Shown: positions 8,646-17,896, numbered from the stretch's first letter. The stretch: DNA of 64,000 nucleotides from Candidatus Heimdallarchaeota archaeon (GCA_016839945.1 JAEOTE010000090.1:3414-67413); one strand, 5' to 3'. Numbers and translations are program-made. Notes: a model not told the origin generated them from the letters alone.

Positions 8646-10463
8646 ATGAAAGTTCCACTACAAAAATACTGGGATATACAAAAGAGGTACTTAGCACCTT
8701 TCAAAGCACAATTGGTGCTGTTAGCTATTCTATTGATTAGTGGAACTGTTCTTCAAATCTTTACTCCTTTGATTATTGAAAGATACATAAATCTCGCTAC
8801 TCAAGGAATAGCATTGCAAGATCTAAACAACTTCTTTCAGACTATCGGTTTACCGTTCGCTAATGCTAACAATATAGTATCCACGCTCATTCTATTAGCG
8901 TCTCTTTACATTGTTCTAATGTTTATTCAACAGATAGCATCCTTATTTTCTGTCTACTTCAGTCAAAACCTTTCTTGGTCCTCTACAAATATGATGAGAT
9001 TCGAATTAACAAAACATTGTATTAATTTAGACATGACCTTTCATAACGAATACAAACCTGGTGAAATGATTGAGAGAATTGATGGAGATGTAAACACTTT
9101 AGCTTCTTTTCTGTCTCAATTTGCTGTTCAACTTCTTAGTTCATTGCTTCTAATATTTGGAGTTCTAATTACATTGTTTACCAAACATTGGATACTAGGA
9201 CTTGCATTCACAGTTTTTACTGTTCTCGCTATACTTGTTATGTATAAGATGAGAAATTTCTCCGTCAAATCTTGGGAGAAACAGAGAGAAACTAGTGCAG
9301 ATTTGTATGGTACTATTGAAGAAAGTTTAAGTGCTGTAGAAGACATTAGAGCGAATGGATCAGTTAAAAATGCTATGCGTAAATTCTTTGATTTCGCCAG
9401 AAATAACTTCAAAGCTTTTCGTAGAGCCTTAATCAGAGATCAATTGTTTGTAATGACCATATGGGGAATTATTGCAATTATTAACACAATGGTGTTTGCT
9501 CCAAGTATTCCTCTTCTCAATAATGGTATCATAACTATTGGAACAATTTTTCTAGTGCAAGTTTTTGCTGGAATGCTTCTAAGACCAATCTTTCAAATTA
9601 CTAGACAGATGCAAAATCTTCAACGCGCAGGAGCTTCCATTGATAGAATAAATAAAATATTTGATACTAAAACAAAAATACTAGATAAGGGGTCACAGAA
9701 ATTTTCACCAGGACCTTTAACACTGGAATTCAAGAATTTGAGTTTTGCATACAATGAAGATGATTATGTTCTAAATAAATTGTCATTTAAGCTTAATCCT
9801 GGCAAGATATTGGGAATCGTTGGACAAACTGGAAGCGGAAAAACAACTATTTCCAGGTTGCTATTTCGTTTATATGACACAAAACCAGATGATGGTTTTA
9901 TTAAATTAAACAACACAAAAATCGAAGAAATTTCTTTAGAAGATTTAAGAGATAAGATATCTTACGTTACACAAAATGTGGAATTGTTTCAAGCTTCTAT
10001 TAGGGATAATGTTACTTTGTTTGATAAGAGAATAAATGATCAAAGAATAGTATCAATCCTTGACGATATTGGTCTAGGTGAATGGCTGGATAAAATGCCA
10101 GAAGGATTAGATACAATTATTTCTTCAAGTGAATATGGTATTTCAGCTGGTGAAGCACAACTCTTAGCGTTAGCACGTGTTTTTATTAAAAGCCCGAATT
10201 TAGTTATTTTAGATGAAGCTTCTTCTAGACTTGATCCTGTTACAGAGAATTTGCTTGAACAAGCAATTGATAAACTACTAATAAATAGAACAGGTATTAT
10301 CATAGCTCATCGATTAGCTACACTTGAAAAAGTGGATGATATTTTGATCATTGATAAAGGTCACATTGTAGAACATGGAGAGAGAGAAGATTTAGCTAAC
10401 GATCCAGACTCACAGTTTTACCAGCTGCTTCAAACAGGAGAAATAGTGGAGTTGTTGAAATGA
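8646..10463 (+). CDS. ABC exporter subunit (TMD-NBD half transporter), non-canonical signature motif
   Basis: 605 aa. Walker [10 protein letters not shown], Walker [11 protein letters not shown]-loop IIIAHRL, signature replaced by ISAGEAQ. Confidence 0.85.
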   Translation: MKVPLQKYWDIQKRYLAPFKAQLVLLAILLISGTVLQIFTPLIIERYINLATQGIALQDLNNFFQTIGLPFANANNIVSTLILLASLYIVLMFIQQIASLFSVYFSQNLSWSSTNMMRFELTKHCINLDMTFHNEYKPGEMIERIDGDVNTLASFLSQFAVQLLSSLLLIFGVLITLFTKHWILGLAFTVFTVLAILVMYKMRNFSVKSWEKQRETSADLYGTIEESLSAVEDIRANGSVKNAMRKFFDFARNNFKAFRRALIRDQLFVMTIWGIIAIINTMVFAPSIPLLNNGIITIGTIFLVQVFAGMLLRPIFQITRQMQNLQRAGASIDRINKIFDTKTKILDKGSQKFSPGPLTLEFKNLSFAYNEDDYVLNKLSFKLNPGKILGIVGQTGSGKTTISRLLFRLYDTKPDDGFIKLNNTKIEEISLEDLRDKISYVTQNVELFQASIRDNVTLFDKRINDQRIVSILDDIGLGEWLDKMPEGLDTIISSSEYGISAGEAQLLALARVFIKSPNLVILDEASSRLDPVTENLLEQAIDKLLINRTGIIIAHRLATLEKVDDILIIDKGHIVEHGEREDLANDPDSQFYQLLQTGEIVELLK

Positions 10464-12274
10464 ATATTCTTAAATTATCTTGGAGACTACTGCGTTTCAA
10501 ACCAGGATTAGCTTTTACTGGTTTTCTTTCTGATATTCTTTTCTTTCTACAACCTTTAGCTGCCAGTTACATTGCTAGAGAAATTTTTAATCAACTCGAG
10601 GGAGTAGGTGGGTGGAGTACAGGATTAAATATATGGATCTTGGTTCTTTTAGTACTCCCTCTTACTTTAAGTTTAAGACTCATAGGTGATTTTATTTTTG
10701 TTTTTACAATGTGGATATTCATTCTTTCAAGTCAAGTACTTCTCAGAAAAAACATGATGGCAGGAATATTCCGCAAACCAGGCGCTGTTGCACTCCCAGA
10801 TTCTCCTGGTGAAGCTGTATCAAGATTTCGAGGAGACGTAGAGGAAGTGTTGTGGTTTGTATATCATCTTACTTCTTTCTTCAGTCTCGGAATATTCACT
10901 GGATTAACCTTCTTCATAATGCAAGACATTAATTGGAAATTAACAGTATTTGTTAGCATACCTTTTGTCTTTATGATGGTTTTAGTTTATTTTACAAGAC
11001 CCGTATTCACAAAATTAAGAAAAGAACGCAGAAAAGCAGCTGGAGCTGTAACAAGAACTATTGGAGAGATATTCAGATCTGTACAAGCGATCAAAGTAGC
11101 TACTTCTGAAGAACATGTTTTGAATTACTTCAGTGGAGTTAATGAAAAGCGACGTATAGCAGAAGTGAAAGATGAGTTTTTCCATCATTTTATCCATGTT
11201 ATATACTATGTCACCATTTATCTTTGTATAGGAATTATCCTTTTACTTGTTGGAAGCAACTTGAGAAATAATGTTTTTACAGTTGGTGATTTAGCATTTT
11301 TTGTAACTATTCTAGCAGAATTGGGAGAATTCATCTGGAATATGGGGGACTTGGTTCCAAGATATGTTCGTACTAAAGTTTCCTTTGGAAGAATGTTTAA
11401 CTTGATTAAAAGCGCTGATCCAGAGGTTACTGAATTAAATTTAGTGGAACATGGACCAATTTTTGTGAAAGAAACCACTCCACCAATATTGCCATTAATG
11501 ATTAATGATCAAGATAAGCTCTTAAGGTTTGTAGCAAAAGACATATCGTATACTTACCCGAATTCAGATAAAGGAATCAAGAATATTAATTTAGCATTGG
11601 AGAAAGGTTCTTTTACTGTAATTACAGGTAGAATTGGTTCTGGAAAAACAACACTTCTTCGAGTATTGCTTGGATTGTTACCTAAGGAAAAAGGAAATCT
11701 AATCTGGAATAATGAATTAGTTAAGAAACCAGAAGATTTCTTTGTTCCACCAAGAACGGCGTATACAGCTCAAATCCCTAGACTTTTTAGTGACTCTATA
11801 AGAGAAAATATACTCCTTGGATTACCTGAAGAATCTGTTAATATCGAAGAGTCTCTTAAGCTTGCTGTTGTAGAAAAAGAAGTGAATGAGTTTGCTGAAG
11901 GATTAGATACTCTAGTAGGTCCTAAAGGAGTTAAACTCTCTGGAGGACAACGACAACGTTTAGCAGCAGCAAGAATGTTTGCTAGAAATCCTGAGATTTT
12001 AGTCTTTGATGACTTGTCTAGTGCTCTTGATGTTGAAACCGAGCAATTATTGTGGGAAAGAGTTTTTGACAAAGAAGGTTCAACATGTTTAGCGGTTTCC
12101 CACCGTCCAATTGCTTTACGTCGAGCAGACAATGTTATAGTCATGAAAGATGGAGAAATAGAAGCTCAAGGAAAACTAGATGTATTGCTAGAAACAAACG
12201 AAGAGATGAGACGATTGTGGGAAGAGAAGATTATGAAATCAGATACAACTCCAGTTGTTTCACAAACAGATTAA
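10460..12274 (+). CDS. ABC exporter subunit (TMD-NBD half transporter), Walker B Glu replaced by Asp
   Basis: 604 aa. ATGA start/stop overlap with the upstream subunit. Walker [10 protein letters not shown], canonical LSGGQRQR, Walker [11 protein letters not shown]-loop AVSHRP. Confidence 0.85.
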   Translation: MNILKLSWRLLRFKPGLAFTGFLSDILFFLQPLAASYIAREIFNQLEGVGGWSTGLNIWILVLLVLPLTLSLRLIGDFIFVFTMWIFILSSQVLLRKNMMAGIFRKPGAVALPDSPGEAVSRFRGDVEEVLWFVYHLTSFFSLGIFTGLTFFIMQDINWKLTVFVSIPFVFMMVLVYFTRPVFTKLRKERRKAAGAVTRTIGEIFRSVQAIKVATSEEHVLNYFSGVNEKRRIAEVKDEFFHHFIHVIYYVTIYLCIGIILLLVGSNLRNNVFTVGDLAFFVTILAELGEFIWNMGDLVPRYVRTKVSFGRMFNLIKSADPEVTELNLVEHGPIFVKETTPPILPLMINDQDKLLRFVAKDISYTYPNSDKGIKNINLALEKGSFTVITGRIGSGKTTLLRVLLGLLPKEKGNLIWNNELVKKPEDFFVPPRTAYTAQIPRLFSDSIRENILLGLPEESVNIEESLKLAVVEKEVNEFAEGLDTLVGPKGVKLSGGQRQRLAAARMFARNPEILVFDDLSSALDVETEQLLWERVFDKEGSTCLAVSHRPIALRRADNVIVMKDGEIEAQGKLDVLLETNEEMRRLWEEKIMKSDTTPVVSQTD

Positions 12275-12311
12275 GAAAAAAGAAATCCCCTTCCTCTGTA
12301 GTGTCCCTTTT

Positions 12312-12767
12312 CTATTTTTTTGGTACAAAGAAACCAGAGATTATTGATAATAATGCGCCACCAGTAGCCATCCAAAAACCAATAAAATCTACTGGAGGAT
12401 TTATTGGTAATCCTGCAAATAGCATCCAAGGCATTGAGAATGCGCCACCAAAGAAATAGGGGAAAATGCCAATCATTCCTGATGATATTGCTGGTGGGAG
12501 AATTATGAATACCAAGACAAAGGAAGATAGCAAAATCCACACCCATCTAGGAATTTTGAATATTGCAAGAATGAGTGCTAAACCTCCAGACACTAAGGCT
12601 AGTGTACCAAAGAACACGTAAGTTAAAATTAGTGTATCACCTCCAGCATGTGGTACAAGAAGTGAATGAAGTGTAGCATATTCGAAAACTACACCTATTA
12701 CTCCTAACATCATTAGCAGGTATGAAATTTTACCATTTTTCGAAGATACAAAAATTTTTTTTGCCAT
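12312..12767 (-). CDS. small polytopic membrane protein
   Basis: 151 aa with 4 hydrophobic spans. No family recognised. Confidence 0.5.
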   Translation of the reverse strand: MAKKIFVSSKNGKISYLLMMLGVIGVVFEYATLHSLLVPHAGGDTLILTYVFFGTLALVSGGLALILAIFKIPRWVWILLSSFVLVFIILPPAISSGMIGIFPYFFGGAFSMPWMLFAGLPINPPVDFIGFWMATGGALLSIISGFFVPKK

Positions 12768-12829
12768 ATAAGAGGATATATTCTCTTCTTATTTAAAAGT
12801 AGTTGAAAGAAGAAGGGTGATTATTTTAT

Positions 12830-12857
12830 ATCACAAGTTAAGGTCACAACTTGTGAT
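12830..12857. promoter_or_regulatory. perfect 10-bp inverted repeat (candidate operator) between divergent promoters
   Basis: ATCACAAGTT-aaggtcac-AACTTGTGAT. It lies between TATA-like TTTAAAA (12792..12798, facing gene 12312..12767) and TTTTTAAATA (12863..12872, facing gene 12914..14116). Confidence 0.4.
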
Positions 12858-12913
12858 TTTTCTTTTTAAATACTTACTTCTATTTTATCTTGAAATAAAT
12901 TTGGTGATTTACA

Positions 12914-14116
12914 ATGACAAAAATCGTAGTAGAAGAAGATCAAGAAATGGAATTGACCAAGGTTGATGGTAATCTTGAGATTTTAGATGGAGCAACAGTA
13001 ATTGTTTCTCCTAATGTTGAATATCTAGCTGTTAGTGGAGATCTGATAAGTAAGGGGGACGTAGTAATTCAAGGTTCAATAGTAGCTGGTGGGTTGAGAC
13101 ATAAAAACGGATATCTCGAAATCGAGGGTGATGCTAAAGTTAAGGAGATATCTGTTTCAAGTGGAAAAATGCGTAATGGTTCTAAATTAATAGTTTATGG
13201 TAATTTAGAAGGAATTGAAGCTGAAATCGATGGTAGTTTAGAAGTTGAAAAGGATTTTATCTGCAAAGATGTAGATATTATGGGATCATGTAAAATTCAT
13301 GGTGAAGCAACTGTAGAAGAGTATGAAGTAAGTGGTTCAGCAAAACACGGTAAGGACTTAAAAGCTAAAGAAGTAGAAGTAAATGGTTCATTAAAAGCAT
13401 CCCAAAGTGTTTTTGTGGAAGAAGATTTTGAAATTTCTGGTTCTGCGAAAATAAGTGATACTCTAAAAGCAGTTAGTGTTAATGTGGGTGGATCTTTTGT
13501 ATGTTCAACTCTAACAGCAACTGAAGTTGATGTTGGAGGTTCAGTAAAAATAACCAGAGGAGAAATTGAGGAAAAAATCGATGTAGGGGGATCATTTAAA
13601 TGCGAAGAATCTCTTAGAGTGCCTAAAGCTTCATGTAATGGATCCTGCCGTTTTGGTGATAATTCACAAGTTAATGTACTTAATATTAATGGAGCAACAA
13701 AAGTTGGTTCAGATTTCGTTTTTCAAACAATTAAAGTAAATGGAGCATTCAATTTTGATACAAACGCCAGTGGTGATACCCTAACAATTAATGGAGCAAC
13801 CCAAGGTGAGGGATTATTAAAACTTAATGAAAAATTAAGTATAAATGGTGCATTGCATGTTGATAAGGTTGAAGCAGACGAAGTAGACATCGCAGGTTCT
13901 TTTGATGGTGAGGAAATTAAAGCCAGATTTATACATGTTTCAAGAAATTCACGTGTTAAAGGGACATTAATTGCAGAAAAAGTAATAGTTGAAGATGAAG
14001 CTCGAGTTGAAAACATAATTGCTGATGATGTTGAACTAGGAGAAAAAGTTAAAGCTTTGAAAGTTCAAGCTAAAAATTTGAATGCTGATCCTTCAGCGAA
14101 ATATCGAACTGAATAA
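12914..14116 (+). CDS. bactofilin-like (polymer-forming cytoskeletal) beta-helix repeat protein
   Basis: 400 aa. At least 13 consecutive repeats of about 17 residues with the pattern [VI]-x-G-[SA] (EVSGSAK..., EVNGSLK..., EISGSAK..., NVGGSF..., DVGGSVK..., DVGGSFK..., NINGATK..., KVNGAF..., TINGATQ..., SINGALH..., DIAGSF...). GGTGA Shine-Dalgarno site 5 nt upstream of the ATG. Confidence 0.6.
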   Translation: MTKIVVEEDQEMELTKVDGNLEILDGATVIVSPNVEYLAVSGDLISKGDVVIQGSIVAGGLRHKNGYLEIEGDAKVKEISVSSGKMRNGSKLIVYGNLEGIEAEIDGSLEVEKDFICKDVDIMGSCKIHGEATVEEYEVSGSAKHGKDLKAKEVEVNGSLKASQSVFVEEDFEISGSAKISDTLKAVSVNVGGSFVCSTLTATEVDVGGSVKITRGEIEEKIDVGGSFKCEESLRVPKASCNGSCRFGDNSQVNVLNINGATKVGSDFVFQTIKVNGAFNFDTNASGDTLTINGATQGEGLLKLNEKLSINGALHVDKVEADEVDIAGSFDGEEIKARFIHVSRNSRVKGTLIAEKVIVEDEARVENIIADDVELGEKVKALKVQAKNLNADPSAKYRTE

Positions 14117-14140
14117 GAGATTACCTTTTAAGAAAGTTAA

Positions 14141-14178
14141 GAGTCTCATGACTTCAGAGACTCAAAACTTTTATTTTT
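14141..14178 (+). terminator. hairpin plus T-tract downstream of 12914..14116
   Basis: GAGTCTC-atgacttca-GAGACTC followed by AAAACTTTTATTTTT, about 25 nt after the stop codon. Confidence 0.4.
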
Positions 14179-14209
14179 CTGTTTATACATATAATCGTGG
14201 TTACTCAAC

Positions 14210-14506
14210 ATGCCTGTAATAAATAGAACAAGATATGATATTTATGCGGATATTCTATCTGTAATGGATTTTTATAGCGAAGCAGGAATTTCACAAATAG
14301 CAAGAAGAGCTAATTTACCTATTGACAGAGCTAAAGGATTAGTACAATTTATGATGGCGAGAGGTTTACTTGTGAAGTTCGAAAATCCCAAACAACGTCC
14401 AAGTATCTTATATAGAGCAACAAATAGAGGATCACAATATCTTGAATTGTATAAAAATCTCTCTCACATGGTAGTAGAAATAACAGAAGAGGAAATGGAT
14501 TTTTAA
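14210..14506 (+). CDS. small winged-helix DNA-binding protein
   Basis: 98 aa. GISQIARRANLPIDRAKGLVQFMMARGLLV is an HTH plus wing pattern common in small archaeal wHTH proteins. Confidence 0.55.
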   Translation: MPVINRTRYDIYADILSVMDFYSEAGISQIARRANLPIDRAKGLVQFMMARGLLVKFENPKQRPSILYRATNRGSQYLELYKNLSHMVVEITEEEMDF

Positions 14507-14559
14507 TCATAGTTTAAAACCAAAAATCTACATCCATTCATCAAAAAGAATTTATTATT

Positions 14560-15414
14560 ATGAGTTATAGGAATTATATAATGCTTCAATTCAGAAAATT
14601 TGTTGCTAAGGATTGGGAAGACTTCAAAGAAATTGTCAAAGAAGCATTTTCTAGAGAAGGTATTCAAAAAGAAGGTTTTATTGGAACTTTAGAGGACGAA
14701 GGTTTTATTGGGGGCTTTATAAACAATAAACTCATTGGATACCTTCGTTTACTGACTCACAAGGAATATGGGCATTTAGGACAAATTGCAGTTACAAAAC
14801 TCGAAAGAGGAAAGGGTTATGGGAATATTCTCATGAAGTATGCTCTTGATTTTTTTGAATCCAAGGGGATGAAAAGATTAGGATTGTACGTAGAAACTAA
14901 TAATCAAACTGCTATTTCATTATACGAAAAGTTTGGATTGGTAAAGCAATTTGAATCTTGGCATTATTGGATAAATGAGGAGTTCTACAAGCAAATAGAA
15001 GAATCGTCTGAAAGAATTGGAAACTCTGAGTTAAGAATTTTAACTGCATCCGATTTTGAAATTATAATAAAAGCATTTCCTGAGGTTAACAAAGAAGAAC
15101 TTGAGTCTCATCTAAATAGCGAACAAATTCAAGGTTTAACAGGAGTAAAATCCATTCCACTTGGTTTATTTGTAAATAATGAATTACAAATCTATGGAAG
15201 ATTTAATCCTGAATTTCCAGGATGCAGACCATTTCTAGTTACTGAAACACAGTATGTTGACGAGTTTATTTCTAATTTGGTCAAATATAAGAAGAAAAAC
15301 TATATTCGATTAACTTTTGATAGAAATAGAAAGTTAGCTGAATTCTTCAAAGAAAGAGGATACAAGCTCCACAACCACATGTTTGTGATGGAAAAAAAGA
15401 TTTCAAATGATTGA
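14560..15414 (+). CDS. GNAT N-acetyltransferase with C-terminal extra domain
   Basis: 284 aa. IAVTKLERGKGYGNILMKYALDFFESKG and AISLYEKFGL are typical GNAT motifs A/B. Confidence 0.7.
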   Translation: MSYRNYIMLQFRKFVAKDWEDFKEIVKEAFSREGIQKEGFIGTLEDEGFIGGFINNKLIGYLRLLTHKEYGHLGQIAVTKLERGKGYGNILMKYALDFFESKGMKRLGLYVETNNQTAISLYEKFGLVKQFESWHYWINEEFYKQIEESSERIGNSELRILTASDFEIIIKAFPEVNKEELESHLNSEQIQGLTGVKSIPLGLFVNNELQIYGRFNPEFPGCRPFLVTETQYVDEFISNLVKYKKKNYIRLTFDRNRKLAEFFKERGYKLHNHMFVMEKKISND

Positions 15415-15750
15415 AGTCACAAAAATAGAAAATTTTGTCTTTATAAAGTATTTTTCGAATTATATTATTGAATGCAATCAAGGGAAGCAGAAGGGATTCT
15501 GGAATCAGAGGTCATTAGGGAAAAATATCCTTGTTATAATTATGCTGTTTACTTCCTTGAACAAGAGGACATTATGCAGAGAAAAATCGGTTACTCACTC
15601 TTAGCACCTTTATTTAGATTGCTTCCAGAAGATCTGCAGGAATATATCAGATACATTTGGCAAATAGATGGAGAAAAACACAAAATGCCTTTTTCCTTTG
15701 TAAAGTGCTGTAATCAAATTTTCATTGATGAAGAAAATCAAACAAGCTGA

Positions 15751-15972
15751 TTATCCTCCAAAGAACTTTCTACGCATGTATATGAATTGTTCAGTCGCTT
15801 CTTGATCTTCAGCCATTCTTTCATAATATGATTTAGGTTTTAATAGTATCTTTCTACTTTTTTCCCCAAGTTTATTCATTGATTTCATCCAAACAAGAAG
15901 AAAAGCCACAATAGCAGACACTAATAGACATACAAAAATAGAAATGAAGATTATGTATAGGATTGGAGCCAT
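15751..15972 (-). CDS. possible small single-pass membrane protein
   Basis: 73-aa ORF with an N-terminal hydrophobic helix (ILYIIFISIFVCLLVSAIVAFLLVW). No homology recognised, so the coding status is uncertain. Confidence 0.3.
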   Translation of the reverse strand: MAPILYIIFISIFVCLLVSAIVAFLLVWMKSMNKLGEKSRKILLKPKSYYERMAEDQEATEQFIYMRRKFFGG

Positions 15973-16082
15973 AGTCTATTGTTAACTAGGGATTAATGCC
16001 TTATAAGCATTATTAAAAATGGAGGATTTAGAGTTTTGAAATTTATATAAAATGGTTCAACTCTCAACTGCTCTTATGTGTA

Positions 16083-16149
16083 AATGAGCTCATTGCTCCA
16101 GAGTGGAATCATTTTGATTCATCAAACCAATTTCAATTCATTGCTCACT
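16083..16149 (-). ncRNA. candidate box C/D sRNA guiding 2'-O-methylation of tRNA-Trp C34 and C39
   Basis: Minus strand reads AGUGAGCA|AUGAAUU|GAAAUUGGUUUG|AUGA|AUCAAA|AUGAUUC|CACUCUGGAGCA|AUGA|GCUCAUU. It has a terminal stem UGAGC/GCUCA, C/D'/C'/D-like boxes and two spacers of exactly 12 nt. Each spacer holds a perfect 9-nt complement to the adjacent tRNA-Trp. The N+5 rule selects C39 and C34. Confidence 0.6.
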
Positions 16150-16217
16150 AGGCCACATCTTAAGAACTGAAAGGAGAACCCTAATTACTGGTTATAAGTT
16201 ATAAAAATAAAGGTTTG

Positions 16218-16328
16218 TGGTGGGGACTGGGTGATTTGAACACCCGACCAATTGGTTTCTTCGGATTGGTCATTGCCAAAGCAATGTTCTCTGGAGCCAA
16301 CCACTCTACCGGACTGAGCCAAGTCCCC
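16218..16328 (-). tRNA. tRNA-Trp (anticodon CCA) with 34-nt intron after position 37 and encoded CCA end
   Basis: Minus strand reads GGGGACU UG GCUC AGUCCGGUA GAGU G GUUGG CUCCAG[AGAACAUUGCUUUGGCAAUGACCAAUCCGAAGAA]A CCAAU UGGUC GGGUG UUCAAAU CACCC AGUCCCC A CCA. Acceptor stem is a perfect 7 bp, with a canonical T-arm and A73. Exact intron borders are ambiguous by 1-2 A residues. Confidence 0.9.
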
Positions 16329-16415
16329 TACCGATGCTCTTGTTTTTCTCCTTATTTCTTCTTTTAAGGTTTTCTTTATCTTTTTTCTTGTCTCTTTTCT
16401 GAAAATTCCCGTTGA

Positions 16416-17522
16416 TTATTCAATGTAGTAATTTCTATCTTCTAATAAAAATCCCCTTAATATCTCCCCATCCTTCTTCTTTGGTGGAATTCTTTCTATA
16501 TTATCATCAAAATTCTCATAATTATCCATAGCCATGATTGTAACTGTTTCATTTTCTTTGGATACCAACATATATTCTCTTAAAATGATCTCGTCGCTTC
16601 TTTTTTTAGCTCGTTTTTCGACTCTCTTTCTATCAATGTTTTTTATAATGTGGTTCTCAAGATTTTCCATTTTTACTTGATTTTCGTTAACATTCTTTAC
16701 TAACCACAAGTGATTTTCGTACTCTATTACGTCACTCACTGCAAATTCTGGTAATCTTACCAAATATGTATTAGTGTATACTTCTGTTCCATCTTTTGAA
16801 GTTGTTTTGTGTTCATAAGCTACAGTCAGTTTTCCTGCAGTCAAATTCTTAATTTCTCTAGCTATTGTTTCAGCTAGGAATTTTGTACTAACATTTGCAG
16901 TTATACCATCATTGTCTACCTCTAGGTCAAGAATATATGCTAATCTTGCGTCTTCATACTGCTTCATCATTTTCTCTATTAGATTTTCTATTTCTTCTTC
17001 TTCTTTTTCTGTTAGTTTCCTGTTTTCTCCCCTAATTTGTAATATTGCTTCAAAATACCCAGATCTATACTTAGAACAATCATCACAACCTTGTCTCACC
17101 ATTTTCAATCTTGTTTTACCTTCCCTTATGAATTCCCCGAATTCTTTGAAAGGTTTGGCTGTTATAGTGGTGATCATGGTAAATTCCTTTACACCATAAT
17201 TCATGATTTTGCTTTCTTCTATATCATCTTCAAATTCAGAATTATAAGAAAAATCAACACTTATTTTTTCTAAGATTTTACTCCGTGAAATTTCTCGAAT
17301 AATTTCTTCTAGACTTTCCTCTCTTCTCCAAGTATCGATGTGAGCTCTAGAAACAAAAATTGTTCCACATGTAGGACAGATTTCAATATCTAAGGAAGGA
17401 GTAATCTTTATTTCTAAAGAATTTTCTCTTTTGAAGCAGTTCTCACACATATTATCTAAGAATGGGCCTTCCTTCTCACCACAAACGGCACAAAATCTTC
17501 CTTTTAGTGAAATTTTAATCAC
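16416..17522 (-). CDS. NMD3 family protein (60S subunit biogenesis/export factor homolog)
   Basis: 368 aa. N-terminal zinc clusters FCAVCGEK...CENC...CPTCG, then the long NMD3-type body with a further CDDC. Confidence 0.7.
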   Translation of the reverse strand: MIKISLKGRFCAVCGEKEGPFLDNMCENCFKRENSLEIKITPSLDIEICPTCGTIFVSRAHIDTWRREESLEEIIREISRSKILEKISVDFSYNSEFEDDIEESKIMNYGVKEFTMITTITAKPFKEFGEFIREGKTRLKMVRQGCDDCSKYRSGYFEAILQIRGENRKLTEKEEEEIENLIEKMMKQYEDARLAYILDLEVDNDGITANVSTKFLAETIAREIKNLTAGKLTVAYEHKTTSKDGTEVYTNTYLVRLPEFAVSDVIEYENHLWLVKNVNENQVKMENLENHIIKNIDRKRVEKRAKKRSDEIILREYMLVSKENETVTIMAMDNYENFDDNIERIPPKKKDGEILRGFLLEDRNYYIE

Positions 17523-17558
17523 CTATATAGCTGTTCTTCTTTAAACTCAAAAAAGTTG

Positions 17559-17876
17559 CTATTTTATTAAAATTGCATGACCAACCTTTTTCTTTTGATC
17601 AGAAGGATTTTCAAACCAAAGTACAGCATCTTTATGAATTAATCTGTTTTCAACTAATAATTTTATGATTTTTACACCAATAACATTTGCAGATGTGCAT
17701 CTTTGGACTTCATTTAGTAACTCTTTTTCAGTTACTAATTCATTTCCATAGAACCTCTGCGATACTTTGATTTTAACATCTTTGCAAAATAATTCTAAAT
17801 CTACAACTTCCTTATCACACGCTGCAACCAATACTTCATTTCGCTGTTTAATGACCTTCATAAAGAAAACAGACAT
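17559..17876 (-). CDS. DUF424 domain-containing protein
   Basis: 105 aa. VLVAACDKEVVDLELF...FYGNELVTEKELLNEV...NVIGVKIIKLLVENRLI...GHAILI fits the conserved archaeal DUF424 pattern. The start may be the internal Met at residue 6. Confidence 0.55.
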   Translation of the reverse strand: MSVFFMKVIKQRNEVLVAACDKEVVDLELFCKDVKIKVSQRFYGNELVTEKELLNEVQRCTSANVIGVKIIKLLVENRLIHKDAVLWFENPSDQKKKVGHAILIK

Positions 17877-17896
17877 TTTATTTCAACTTCATTAGC

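Noticed and set aside
15407-15750. Plus-strand ORFs of 65 and 92 aa after the GNAT gene.
   Set aside because: No recognisable domain, no convincing Shine-Dalgarno site, and the two overlap in different frames. They may be noise or a decayed gene and are left unannotated.
16090-16135. The plus strand carries TTGCTCCAGAG and AAACCAATT, identical to two pieces of the tRNA-Trp sense sequence. I considered a decayed inverted partial tRNA copy, or an att-like remnant of an integrated element.
   Set aside because: Similarity is confined to two 9-11-nt blocks and does not extend between or beyond them. The blocks sit exactly inside two 12-nt spacers flanked by C/D-type boxes and a terminal stem, and they obey the N+5 rule for positions 34 and 39. 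There is no integrase or other element gene nearby. A C/D guide RNA explains the pattern better.
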